Assembly: GCA_963716175.1 (NCBI GenBank)
Contig: OY970296.1
Span: 1,632,001 to 1,696,000, forward strand
From: an uncultured Armatimonadetes bacterium
GTDB lineage: Bacteria; Armatimonadota; Hebobacteria; Hebobacterales; Hebobacteraceae
Direction of reading: 5' to 3'
Length of the DNA stretch: 64,000 bases
In this document: positions 1-8,968 of the stretch, in pieces
How the letters are laid out: each line of letters opens with the position of its first letter
Position numbering within the stretch: the stretch's first letter is position 1
Notes under the pieces: generated by a model
What the model saw: only the letters and a program-made list of their open reading frames with translations
What the model was told of the DNA's origin: nothing
The model's database searches: none
Program-made: the position numbers and the translations under genes

Positions 1-490
1 CACCCCCGCGCACGGCCTCGCGGGCGGCGAGCAAGGCCCCGCGCGGCTCCGGCACCACGATGGACTCGGCGGCCGCCTCCAGAGCCTGGAGGATCGGCAC
101 TCCCACCTGGAGCATTAGTCCGAGACGGCCCACGGCAAGGGAGTATTCGCGAAGCAGACGGTTGTGAGACGCCGGCAGGGATCGCTCCGCCTCCAGGCGA
201 TCAGCGAGCTTAGTCAGCGCAGGCCCGGGCGCGCCGTGCAGCTCACCGCTGAGGATGGTTCCCCAGACGAACGCTGGGACGCGGGAGATCAGCCCTCTCG
301 CAACCGTGGCCTCCGATACCAGGTTGTCTCGCATCGCGCGCAGGAGGGCTCGTGGCCCCGCGGGGGCGCGTGGAGAGATGCTGTCCAAGGCCTGCAAGAT
401 GGTGGTGTCGCCCTGCAGGGCGGCCGCCAGGCGGCGGCAAACCCAGACTACGTCCTTTGCGGCCTGCGCGGAAAGCTGGTTCTGGCCCAT
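1..490 (-). CDS. Type II secretion system F / PilC-family domain protein (runs off the window edge)
   Basis: Manual translation from ATG at 490: MGQNQLSAQAAKDVVWVCRRLAAALQGDTTILQALDSI...ELHGAPGPALTKLADRLE...GRLGLMLQVGVPILQALEAAAES. Two T2SSF-like motifs. Not in the ORF track because there is no stop inside the window. Confidence 0.7.
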   Translation of the reverse strand, partial: MGQNQLSAQAAKDVVWVCRRLAAALQGDTTILQALDSISPRAPAGPRALLRAMRDNLVSEATVARGLISRVPAFVWGTILSGELHGAPGPALTKLADRLEAERSLPASHNRLLREYSLAVGRLGLMLQVGVPILQALEAAAESIVVPEPRGALLAAREAVRGG

Positions 491-534
491 GCCAAGGCCC
501 CCTTTCCAATGGCTATCACTGGTTATCATCAGTC

Positions 535-565
535 ATCATATACCATATTTGATAGGACATGTCAA
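535..565 (-). promoter_or_regulatory. Putative sigma70 promoter for the T2SSF-like gene
   Basis: Minus strand TTGACA (565-560) with TATATG/TATGAT 17-19 nt downstream, in an AT-rich patch. Confidence 0.45.
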
Positions 566-630
566 GGGGCTCCTGCATATTCCTCGCACCGTAGTGGCCG
601 GAGCAGATGGTAGGACGGTGAGGTGGAGCC

Positions 631-1542
631 GTGACGCCTGAGATTCCAGTATTGCCGCAGATGCGGGCCCTCGGACTGGAGGACCGAGCGATCCTGCATC
701 CACTCTTGGGGGAGCTGCGGCCCCAGCAGTCCGAGTTCACGTTCACCAATCTGTTCATCTGGCGTGACGCGCATCAGCTCCGGCTCTCCCGCGTGGGCGA
801 GGCGGTGCTGATCTTCTCGTGGCGGGCCGACCCGGAGGACTCGTTCCTGTTCCCTCCCTTGGGCGCGGGTGCGGATAGGACCGTGGTGCGCGCGGCGCTG
901 GAGCACATGGCGGCGGAGGGGCACAATCCCCGGCTGGCGCGGGCCACCGTGGAGGACCTGACGCGGTTGGAGGTGACGGAAGACGAGTTTGCGATCCAGT
1001 CCGATCGCGCGCAGTGGGACTACGTCTACCCGGTGCAGGACCTGATCGAGCTGCGCGGGAATCGCTATCATGGGAAGCGGAACCACCTGGAGCAGTTCAC
1101 CCAACGCTATCAGTTCAGCTATCATGGGCTGGCGGCGGAGCTGGCGCCGGCCTGTCAGGAGCTGCAGGATCGCTGGTGCGATGAGAAGCACTGCGACCTG
1201 GTGGCGACCCTGCACAGTGAGAGCCGGGCGGTGAAGGAGGCGCTGGAGGAGTTCGAGACGCTGGGGATCACCGGGGGCTGCATCGTGGTGGAGGGGAAAG
1301 TGGAGGCGTTCGCGCTGGGCGAACTCCTGAACCCCGAGACGGTGGTGATCCACATCGAGAAGGCGAACGCGGCCTTCCACGGTCTCTATCAAGCTGTCAA
1401 CCAGCAGTTCCTGGAGCAGGCATGGAGGCGAGTTCCTTACGTGAATCGAGAGCAGGATCTAGGCCTTGCGGGCCTACGCAAGGCGAAGGAATCGTACCAC
1501 CCACATCACATGGTCGAGAAATTCGAAGTGCGCCTGAAGTGA
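631..1542 (+). CDS. DUF2156 / phosphatidylglycerol lysyltransferase-like GNAT domain protein
   Basis: Motifs SEFTFTNLFIW, DYVY...LRGNRYHGKRNH, HIEKAN, YVNREQDLGLAGLRKAKESYHP. Confidence 0.85.
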   Translation: MTPEIPVLPQMRALGLEDRAILHPLLGELRPQQSEFTFTNLFIWRDAHQLRLSRVGEAVLIFSWRADPEDSFLFPPLGAGADRTVVRAALEHMAAEGHNPRLARATVEDLTRLEVTEDEFAIQSDRAQWDYVYPVQDLIELRGNRYHGKRNHLEQFTQRYQFSYHGLAAELAPACQELQDRWCDEKHCDLVATLHSESRAVKEALEEFETLGITGGCIVVEGKVEAFALGELLNPETVVIHIEKANAAFHGLYQAVNQQFLEQAWRRVPYVNREQDLGLAGLRKAKESYHPHHMVEKFEVRLK

Positions 1543-2399
1543 GAGCGCGTCTCCGCCAGCTCTTCGTCTCTGGACTCTGCCTGCTGGCGACGGCCGGCGC
1601 GGCGCGCGCGGCGCCCCGGATCGAGCTGGCCCCGGAAGGACCGCGGCCCGGGGAGGTGATACTGATCACACTGCGGCCCGAGCAGGCGCTGCTGCGCGCT
1701 TCCTGCTCGTGGCGCGGGCGCGCGTATGCTTTCCTCCCTGTCGAAGACGGCTACGGGCTGGTGCTCCCGGTGGCGGCGAGCGCGCGACCTGGCGGCTATC
1801 ATGCCACCATCTACTGGAAATACGAGGACGGCCAGGGCGGAGCGGTAAGCCTGCCGGTGGAGGTGGCACCGAGACGGTTTGGAGTGCAGCGGCTGCGGCT
1901 ATCGGCGAGCCAGGAGCGGCGGTATTCGGCGCCAGAGACGGCGCGGGAGTACCAGCTGATTGGGGCGGCGCTGGACCGGGTGGGCCCGCAGCGGCTGTGG
2001 CGGGGGGATTTCACGATGCCGCTGCATGGGCGTGTGAGCACGGAATTCGGGCTTCAGCGGTACGTCAACGGGCGCTTCGACTACCGCCACCGGGGGCTCG
2101 ACATCGCGGCGCCGCAGGGCACGCCGGTGCTGGCGCCAGCGGCGGGGGTGGTGGCGCTGGCCGACGCCTCCTTCCTGCTGCACGGGCAGACGGTGATCCT
2201 GGACCACGGGCAGGGCACGGCCTCACTCTACCTGCACCTGTCTCAGATCGAGGTCACGCCGGGCGAAGCGGTGGAGCAGGGCCAGGTGATCGGTCGCGTG
2301 GGGGCCACCGGGATTGCGACCGGGCCGCATCTGCATTACGCTGTCTACGTCTACCACGAGGCGGTGGATCCGCGGTGCTGGCTGCACCTTCCCCGCTGA
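1539..2399 (+). CDS. M23 family metallopeptidase (secreted)
   Basis: GTG start overlaps the upstream stop (GTGA); signal peptide; HRGLD, ILDHG, TGPHLH motifs. Confidence 0.9.
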   Translation: MRARLRQLFVSGLCLLATAGAARAAPRIELAPEGPRPGEVILITLRPEQALLRASCSWRGRAYAFLPVEDGYGLVLPVAASARPGGYHATIYWKYEDGQGGAVSLPVEVAPRRFGVQRLRLSASQERRYSAPETAREYQLIGAALDRVGPQRLWRGDFTMPLHGRVSTEFGLQRYVNGRFDYRHRGLDIAAPQGTPVLAPAAGVVALADASFLLHGQTVILDHGQGTASLYLHLSQIEVTPGEAVEQGQVIGRVGATGIATGPHLHYAVYVYHEAVDPRCWLHLPR

Positions 2400-2474
2400 A
2401 GATGGAGTGAGGAAAGCGGCGTTCCCTCGGTGTTACTCTGGCGCGCGCTGCTGCGAGCAGGGAGATCAGATAGC

Positions 2475-2507
2475 GATCGGGCGAGGGAGCATCTCCCTCG
2501 CCCGATC
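2475..2507. terminator. Hairpin between convergent genes (probable terminator)
   Basis: Perfect 15-bp stem gatcgggcgagggag-cat-ctccctcgcccgatc. Confidence 0.65.
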
Positions 2508-2518
2508 TCTTTCGCCGA

Positions 2519-2584
2519 CTACTTCTTCTTTTTCTTCGCCGATTTCTTTGCGACCTTCTTTGCGGCCTTCTTCTTGGCTGGCAA
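2519..2584 (-). CDS. 21-aa lysine-rich microprotein MPAKKKAAKKVAKKSAKKKKK
   Basis: TTG start preceded by the purine-rich RBS aagaagggggg; TAG stop; 12 of 21 residues are Lys; hairpin immediately downstream. Confidence 0.65.
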   Translation of the reverse strand: MPAKKKAAKKVAKKSAKKKKK

Positions 2585-2847
2585 CTCTGTTGCCCCCCTT
2601 CTTGCGTACCGCGTATGCGATGAGGACCGCATCACCTGTGCCCGGGCTCAGGCCCCTTTGGCGCGGCACGTTGATAGATGGCCTAACCGCCTCTTTGGCC
2701 ACTCGCGCGCGTCCGCGCGATGAGTCTGATCGCATATGCCACACTTTGGTCACTTTCTCGCACTCACCTCGCGAAAAAGTTTTGCACTGAGGTCGCGTGG
2801 GAGACGAGAGCGCGACACGAGAGGTGATGTCATGTGAGGACGCGGCA

Positions 2848-2951
2848 CTACTGAGCTTCGCCCAAAGAAATAACGGAGCGAAGCTCAGGCAACTGGTCAG
2901 ACGGGCCCGGAGCGGCGTTCGCACATTACTTCTCTGTGCGAACGCCATTAG
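2848..2951 (+). mobile_element. 104-bp twin-hairpin MITE-like element, copy A
   Basis: CTA...TAG ends; hairpins ctgagcttcgc...gcgaagctcag and ggcgttcgcaca...tgtgcgaacgcc; homologous to 6718-6821 and 15017-15120. Confidence 0.7.
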
Positions 2952-3021
2952 TGCACGATGACGCGGTCATCGGCAATCAGGTGCGCGCGGGGGCCGCATC
3001 GGGATCGACGATGGAGTCGGA

Positions 3022-3306
3022 CTACTCGCGCACGGCGAGAATGGAGTCTTCATCCAGCAGCACCAGGTCCTCGCCGCCTACCGTCACTTCGGTCCCCGCG
3101 TACTTCGAGTAGATTACAGTATCGCCGACCTTGATATGGAGCGGGATACGCTTGCCATTCTCCAAGCGCTTGCCGCTGCCGACAGCCAGCACCCTTCCCT
3201 CCTGGGGTTTCTTGCGAGCGGTATCCGGGAGCACGATGCCGCCCCGGGTGCGCTCCTCTGCTTCGTGCGGGCGCACCAGCACACGATCAGCTAGCGGCTT
3301 CAGCAT
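3022..3306 (-). CDS. groES: Co-chaperonin GroES
   Basis: LKPLADRVLV...TRGGIVLPDTARKKPQEG...VGDTVIYSKYAGTEV; RBS aaggagg. Confidence 0.97.
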   Translation of the reverse strand: MLKPLADRVLVRPHEAEERTRGGIVLPDTARKKPQEGRVLAVGSGKRLENGKRIPLHIKVGDTVIYSKYAGTEVTVGGEDLVLLDEDSILAVRE

Positions 3307-3473
3307 GAGCCTGTACCTCCTTGACGGTGTCTGACAACGCTGTGTTCAGGGCTCTATGAAAGCGGCCTACGAGCCGTGCCAACCCGGGTATCCGGTTCTG
3401 ATGCGGCTTCGGCGCAGACTCGCCCCGAAGCCCGCCACCGCCCTTCCTGGGCAAGAGCACGGACACGGGCGGT

Positions 3474-3502
3474 ATTGTATTTTCCGCCTGTGGGGTTGTC
3501 AA
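3474..3502 (-). promoter_or_regulatory. Sigma70 promoter of groES
   Basis: TTGACA-N17-TACAAT on the minus strand. Confidence 0.8.
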
Positions 3503-3538
3503 GCCAGCAGGGGCAGGAGCAAGCTCCTGCCCAACGAA

Positions 3539-3564
3539 CCCTACTTCGCCAAGGCTTCGTAGGG
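3539..3564. repeat. Imperfect palindrome of the cttcgccaaggcttcg family
   Basis: ccctac-ttc-gcc-aa-ggc-ttc-gtaggg; the same core recurs at about 20610-20633. Confidence 0.6.
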
Positions 3565-3601
3565 CAGGCTGCTTCTGGCCTGCTCACGCAGCCGGAGAGC
3601 C

Positions 3602-5053
3602 ATGGCCTTCGAGGGACTGCAAGACTACGCGGCGGCGCTGGAGAGGCGCGGCGAGCTGCGCACGATTGGGGCCTCGGTTGACCCGGAGCTCGAGATCACT
3701 GAGATCGCGGACCGGGTGCTGCGCGCGGGCGGACCCGCGCTGCGGTTCACCGCGCCCAAGGGATCGCGCTATCCGGTGCTGATCAACCTGTTCGGCACGG
3801 CCGCGCGGACGGCCTTCGCGCTGGGAGTCTCGAATGTGAACGAGATCGGGGCGCGACTGGAGGGCCTGCTGCGGACCCAGCCGCCGAGCTCGCTGCTGGA
3901 TAAGCTGCGGGCGATACCCAGGCTGGTGGAGATGAGCTCATGGGCGCCGCGCCAGGTGGGGACCGCGCCTTGCCAGGAAGTGGCGGAGGAGAATGCCTCG
4001 CTGTTGGACCTGCCGGCCCTGAAGTGCTGGCCGGGGGATGGCGGGCGGTTCCTCACGCTCCCCATGGTGATCACGCGCCATCCCGAAAGCGGGCAGCGCA
4101 ATGTGGGCATGTACCGGATGCAGATCTTCGACGAGCGCACCACGGGCATGCACTGGCACCCCCACAAGGTGGGGGCGGCGCACTACCGAGCCTATCAGGC
4201 GCGGGGGGAGCGAATGCCGGTGGCAGTGGCCCTGGGCAGCGACCCGGCGGTGATCTATGCCGCCACCGCGCCGCTGCCGGAGGAGTTCGACGAGATGCTC
4301 TTCGCCGGGTTCCTGCGGCGGAAGTCGGTGGAGATGGCGCGGTGCCGGAGTTGCGAGCTGGAGGTGCCGGCCGACGCCGAGTTCGTGCTGGAGGGATATG
4401 TCGAGCCCGGCGAGTTGAGAACAGAGGGACCGTTCGGGGACCATACCGGCTACTACTCACTGCCCGCCGAGTTCCCGGTGTTCCACTTGACGGCACTGAC
4501 GCGGCGGGCGCGCCCGGTCTATCCGGCCACCATCGTGGGGCCTCCGCCCAAGGAGGACTGCTTCCTGGGGAAGGCCACGGAACGGATTTTCCTGCCCTTG
4601 CTGCGAATGCAGGTTCCCGAGATCGTTGACATCAACCTGCCGATCGAAGGGATCTTCCACAACCTGGCGCTGGTGCGCATCGCCAAGCGCTATCCGGGGC
4701 AGGCCTTCAAGGTGATGCACGCGCTCTGGGGAATGGGCCAGATGATGCTGACCAAGATCATCGTGGTGGTGGATGAGGAGGTGGATGTGCAGAACCTGCC
4801 CCAGGTGATATGGCGGGTGGGGAACAACATAGACCCGGAGCGCGATGTCTGCTTCGTGCCAGGGCCGGTGGATATCCTCGACCACGCGGCCCGGCTGCCG
4901 GGCTTCGGCTCCAAGATGGGCGTTGACGCCACGCGCAAGCTGCCCGGGGAAGGCTTCTCTCGCCCCTGGCCGGAGGTGATCGAGATGAGCGCAGAGGTGC
5001 GGGCCCGGGTGGACGGGGTGATGGGGACGCTGGGACTGGAGGAAAGAGAATGA
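3602..5053 (+). CDS. ubiD: UbiD-family (MqnL-type) menaquinone biosynthesis decarboxylase
   Basis: NVGMYRMQ, EGPFGDHTGYY, YPATIVGPPPKED, GSKMGVDATRK; mqn gene context. Confidence 0.92.
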   Translation: MAFEGLQDYAAALERRGELRTIGASVDPELEITEIADRVLRAGGPALRFTAPKGSRYPVLINLFGTAARTAFALGVSNVNEIGARLEGLLRTQPPSSLLDKLRAIPRLVEMSSWAPRQVGTAPCQEVAEENASLLDLPALKCWPGDGGRFLTLPMVITRHPESGQRNVGMYRMQIFDERTTGMHWHPHKVGAAHYRAYQARGERMPVAVALGSDPAVIYAATAPLPEEFDEMLFAGFLRRKSVEMARCRSCELEVPADAEFVLEGYVEPGELRTEGPFGDHTGYYSLPAEFPVFHLTALTRRARPVYPATIVGPPPKEDCFLGKATERIFLPLLRMQVPEIVDINLPIEGIFHNLALVRIAKRYPGQAFKVMHALWGMGQMMLTKIIVVVDEEVDVQNLPQVIWRVGNNIDPERDVCFVPGPVDILDHAARLPGFGSKMGVDATRKLPGEGFSRPWPEVIEMSAEVRARVDGVMGTLGLEERE

Positions 5054-5646
5054 CGGAAGTAAAGGAGCTGTTCATCGCCATCACGGGAGCGAGTGGGGCG
5101 ATCTATGCCGATCGTCTGCTGCGCAGAGCGGCGGACCTGGTGGGCCGGCTGGATGTGGTGCTGAGCACGCACGGCGCGGAGGTGGCAGCTCACGAGTTGG
5201 GGTGGGCGGTGGACTTCGACACCCTCCACGTCACCGGGCCGCCGCCGGAGGTGCTGAAGCGGGCGCAGTTCTATCGGCCGGATGACCTCTCGGCGCGCTA
5301 CGCCAGCGGCTCGGCCGCGCCCGACGCCATGATCGTCATCCCCTGCTCGATGAACGTGGCGGGACGGATCGCCTCAGGCCTGGGAGATACCCTGATCACC
5401 CGCGCGGCGGCGGTGTGCCTGAAGGAGCGCCGGCCCCTGGTGCTGGTGGTGCGGGAGGCGCCTCTCAATCTGCTTGACTTGCGGAACTTCGTGGCCCTCA
5501 CGGAGGCGGGGGCGACGATCATGCCGGCGGCGCCGCCTTTCTACTCGAGCCCCAAGAGCATCGAGGAGCTGGCCGATTACTTCGCGGCGCGGGTGCTGGA
5601 CCAGGTGGGCCTGCGGGTGCGGCATCCGGGCCGCTGGGGAGGTTGA
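5050..5646 (+). CDS. ubiX: Flavin prenyltransferase UbiX
   Basis: AITGASGAIY, ASGS, PCSM, LKERRPLVLVVREAP, MPAAPPFY. Confidence 0.92.
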   Translation: MTEVKELFIAITGASGAIYADRLLRRAADLVGRLDVVLSTHGAEVAAHELGWAVDFDTLHVTGPPPEVLKRAQFYRPDDLSARYASGSAAPDAMIVIPCSMNVAGRIASGLGDTLITRAAAVCLKERRPLVLVVREAPLNLLDLRNFVALTEAGATIMPAAPPFYSSPKSIEELADYFAARVLDQVGLRVRHPGRWGG

Positions 5647-5659
5647 GAGGAGCCGCGCC

Positions 5660-6721
5660 ATGCCCTATCCGAAGCTCAAGCCAGCTCCGGATTTCGGCCG
5701 GCTCCAGCGGGTCTTCGCCCGCGGCGTGCCGGACCGGGTGCCGTTCATCGAGCTGTTCCTGGATGAGGAGATCATGGTGGCCCTCCGGGAAGCTCCCTTC
5801 TCCGCCGACCCCCAGCAGCGGTGGCAAGAGATGGCCGACCTCTACCTGCGTCTGGGGTACGATTATGTCCCGGCGGCTACTGGGTTCGGCTTCCCATATC
5901 GCACCATGGAGGCGGCGGACACGGCGGGGCTGAGCCGGGGCGAGCGGAGCTGGGTGGATGAGGCCCATGGGGCCATCGAGACCCGGGATGATTTCGAGCG
6001 CTACCCGTGGCCGCGGGCAACGGAGGAGCATTACCTCCCGCTGGAGCAGGCGGCGCAGGCGCTGCCGGAGGGGATGAAGGTGATCCCTAGCGGGCCGGGT
6101 GGGGTGCTGGAGAACGTGATGTGGCTGATGGGCTATGGGCCGATGAGCTATGCCATGGCCGACGAACCCGACCTGGTGCAGGCCATGTTCGACCGGGTGG
6201 GAGAGACGTTGGTGGAGGTGTTCCGCACCATGGCGAGCCATGAGGGTGTGGGGGCGGTGTTCCTCGGCGACGATATGGGGTTCAAGACCCAGACCATGAT
6301 CTCGCCGGAGGACATGAGGCGCTACGTCTTCCCGTGGCAGCGACGGCTGGCGGAGGTGGTGCACGCGGCGGGCAAGCCGTTCCTGCTGCACGCCTGCGGG
6401 AATCTCGAGGCGGTGATGGACGACCTCATTGACGACGTGGGTATTGACGCCAAGCACAGCTTCGAGGATGTGATCATGCCGGTGACCGAGGCGAAGCAGC
6501 GATGGGGCGATCGGATCGCGCTGCTGGGCGGGATTGACGTGGACCTGCTGACCCGGGGCCGGCCGGAGCAGGTGAGGGCGCGGACGCGGGAGGTGCTGGA
6601 GGCGTGCATGCCCGGAGGCGGGTACACGCTGGGGTCGGGGAACTCGGTAGCCAATTACGTATCGCTCGGAAACTACCTGGCGATGCTGGAGGAGGGGTGG
6701 CGCGTGGGGGTCTACGCCTAA
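5660..6721 (+). CDS. Uroporphyrinogen decarboxylase (UroD/MtaA-CmuA) family protein
   Basis: PDRVPFIE, GDDMGFKTQTMISP, LLHACGN, IALLGGIDVD, GGGYTLGSGNS. Start set at ATG 5660 after the RBS gagagg. Confidence 0.85.
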   Translation: MPYPKLKPAPDFGRLQRVFARGVPDRVPFIELFLDEEIMVALREAPFSADPQQRWQEMADLYLRLGYDYVPAATGFGFPYRTMEAADTAGLSRGERSWVDEAHGAIETRDDFERYPWPRATEEHYLPLEQAAQALPEGMKVIPSGPGGVLENVMWLMGYGPMSYAMADEPDLVQAMFDRVGETLVEVFRTMASHEGVGAVFLGDDMGFKTQTMISPEDMRRYVFPWQRRLAEVVHAAGKPFLLHACGNLEAVMDDLIDDVGIDAKHSFEDVIMPVTEAKQRWGDRIALLGGIDVDLLTRGRPEQVRARTREVLEACMPGGGYTLGSGNSVANYVSLGNYLAMLEEGWRVGVYA

Positions 6722-6821
6722 TGATGTTCGCACAACGAAGTAATGTGCGAACATCGCCCTGTGCCTGTCTGGGCCGCTTCTTCAGCTTCGCCGTGTTAGT
6801 TCATTCGGCGAAGCTCTTTAG
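6718..6821 (-). mobile_element. 104-bp twin-hairpin MITE-like element, copy B (inverted)
   Basis: Reverse-complement homolog of 2848-2951 with the same length; its end supplies the TAA stop of the UroD-like gene. Confidence 0.7.
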
Positions 6822-6863
6822 GGGTGGTATGGAGGCTCCACTCCTTCCGTTCCGCCGAAGCGG

Positions 6864-6987
6864 CGGCGGGCATGGGTGCCCAGGCCTGAAGGCCGGGATG
6901 TCCCTAGGCCCGATAGGGCCGGGATGGCGGCCGGCTCTGCCGGCCTAGCTAGCGGTCGCGGTAACCTGGCCACGTGCCCGCCCTACA
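6864..6987. repeat. GTAG-type REP with a long inserted loop
   Basis: Arms cggcgggcatg...cgtgcccgccctaca enclose small hairpins (ggcctgaaggcc; ggcccgatagggcc). Confidence 0.6.
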
Positions 6988-6992
6988 ATGAC

Positions 6993-7865
6993 ATGGCTGC
7001 AAGAGCTGTCATCCTGCTGAAGGCGATTCGGTTTGAGCATACTGCGTTTGCGCTGCCCTTCGCGCTCACCGCGACCTTCGTGGCGGCGATGGGGTGGCCG
7101 CGTCCCTGGACGCTGCTGTGGATTCTGGCGGCGATGGTGGGGGCGCGGACGGCGGCGATGGCGTTCAACCGCATCGCAGACCTGCCTTACGATCGGGCGA
7201 ACCCGCGCACCGCGGATCGGGCGCTGGTCACCGGCGCGCTGACAACTCCGCAGCTCTGGGTGGTGCTGGGGAGCGGCGCCGCGGTCTATTTTCTCTGGGC
7301 CGGGATGCTGAACCGGCTGGCGCTGTCACTGTCGCCGTTCGCGCTGGCGGTGCTGCTGGGCTACTCCTATACCAAGCGGTTCACGGTATGGACGCACTGG
7401 ATCCTGGGCTTCTGCCTGGGGCTGGCGCCGGTGGGGGCCTGGATCGGGGTGCGGGGCCGATTCGATCTGCCGCCCTTGATCCTGTGCCTGGCGGTGACCA
7501 CGTGGACGGCCGGCTTCGACATCATCTATGCCTGCCAGGATGTACAGTTCGACCGGAAGCAGGGCTTGTTCTCACTGCCGGCGCGGTGGGGCGTGCGGCG
7601 GGCGCTGGTGATCTCCACGGTGAACCATGTGCTCACGGTCTGGCTGCTCTGGCTGTTCGGTGAGGCGGCGCACCTGGGGGCGCTGTACTTCGCGGGCGTG
7701 GTGGCGCTGATACCGGTGCTCTGGTACGAGCACCACGTGGTGCGGCCGGAGGACCTGAGCCGGGCCGAGATCGCCTCCTTTTTCGCCAACGGCGTCTTCA
7801 GCATCGTGCTCTTCCTCTTTGCTGCGGCCGATGTTATCCTGGTCAGCAGCAAGATGCGAATATGA
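6993..7865 (+). CDS. ubiA: UbiA-like polyprenyltransferase (MqnP type)
   Basis: IRFEHTAFALPF, AMAFNRIADLPYDRANPRT, YSYTKRF, GFDIIYACQD; multiple TM helices. Confidence 0.9.
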   Translation: MAARAVILLKAIRFEHTAFALPFALTATFVAAMGWPRPWTLLWILAAMVGARTAAMAFNRIADLPYDRANPRTADRALVTGALTTPQLWVVLGSGAAVYFLWAGMLNRLALSLSPFALAVLLGYSYTKRFTVWTHWILGFCLGLAPVGAWIGVRGRFDLPPLILCLAVTTWTAGFDIIYACQDVQFDRKQGLFSLPARWGVRRALVISTVNHVLTVWLLWLFGEAAHLGALYFAGVVALIPVLWYEHHVVRPEDLSRAEIASFFANGVFSIVLFLFAAADVILVSSKMRI

Positions 7866-8968
7866 GCCAAGTCGTCTTCGAGTCAGCGGACCTGCGCGAT
7901 ATCGCGGACAAGGTCGTGCGCGGTGAGCGGCTCTCGCGGGAGCACGGCCTGCGCCTGATGGCGACTCCTCACCTGGCAGCGCTGGGGGCGCTGGCCAACC
8001 TGGTGCGCGAGCGATGGCACGGGAATGGCACTTACTACATCGTGAACCGGCACATCAACTACACCAATATCTGCGTCAACCGCTGCCGATTCTGCGCTTT
8101 CTCTCGAAGCGAGGGGGAGCCGGGCGCTTTCCTGCTGCCAATCGAGGAATGCCTGGCGAAGGCCGAGTCGTTCCGCGGGGGCCGGGTGAGCGAGTTCCAC
8201 ATCGTGGGGGGCTGCCATCCATCGCTCGGCCTCGATTACTACACCGGGTTGCTGTCCGGGCTCCGCGCGCGGTTCCCGGAGGTGCACCTGCAGGCCTTCA
8301 CCGCGGTGGAGGTGGCGCACATCGCCCAGGTGGCCGGTATCACGGTGCACGAATGCCTGGAGCGGCTGCGGGAGGCGGGGTTGGGGTCACTGCCGGGAGG
8401 CGGGGCGGAGGTGTTCTCCTCGCGGGTGCGGGAGGCGCTCTGCCCCCGCAAGCTGCCCGCGGAGGAGTGGCTGGAGGTGATGCGCGCCGCCCATTCCCTG
8501 GGCCTGCGCAGCAACTGCACCCTGCTCTATGGTCACATCGAGAGGGCGGAGGAGGTGGTTGATCACCTGCTGCGGCTGAGGGCGCTTCAGGATGAGACCA
8601 GGGGCTTCCTCGCCTTCATCCCGTTGGCCTTCCACTCCGGTCACACGGAGCTCGAGGGAGAGATCGCAGGGCCGACGGCCTGGGAGAGCCTGCGCCTGTT
8701 TGCGGTGAGCCGGCTGCTGCTGGACAATATCCCGCACCTGAAAGTGTTCTGGATCATGCTGGGGCTGAAGTTGGCCCAGGTGGCGCTGAGCTTCGGCGCG
8801 GATGATGTGGACGGCACGGTGGTGGAGGAGCGGATCACGCACGCGGCGGGGGCGGAGACGCCGGAGGCGCTGACGGTGGAGGAGCTGAAGCAACTGATCC
8901 AGGGCGCGGGGCGGCAGCCGATCGCCCGCGATACCGTCTACCGGCCGGTGCGGGAGGAGGTGTCGTGA
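7862..8968 (+). CDS. mqnE: Aminofutalosine synthase (radical SAM)
   Basis: NRHINYTNICVNRCRFCAF, SLPGGGAE, FIPLAFH, LDNIPHLKVFW, EERITHAAGA. Confidence 0.9.
   Translation: MSQVVFESADLRDIADKVVRGERLSREHGLRLMATPHLAALGALANLVRERWHGNGTYYIVNRHINYTNICVNRCRFCAFSRSEGEPGAFLLPIEECLAKAESFRGGRVSEFHIVGGCHPSLGLDYYTGLLSGLRARFPEVHLQAFTAVEVAHIAQVAGITVHECLERLREAGLGSLPGGGAEVFSSRVREALCPRKLPAEEWLEVMRAAHSLGLRSNCTLLYGHIERAEEVVDHLLRLRALQDETRGFLAFIPLAFHSGHTELEGEIAGPTAWESLRLFAVSRLLLDNIPHLKVFWIMLGLKLAQVALSFGADDVDGTVVEERITHAAGAETPEALTVEELKQLIQGAGRQPIARDTVYRPVREEVS

Noticed and set aside
3307-3470. CIRCE or sigma54 site before groES (TTGGCAC on the minus strand)
   Set aside because: There is no second CIRCE arm and no correctly spaced TTGC.
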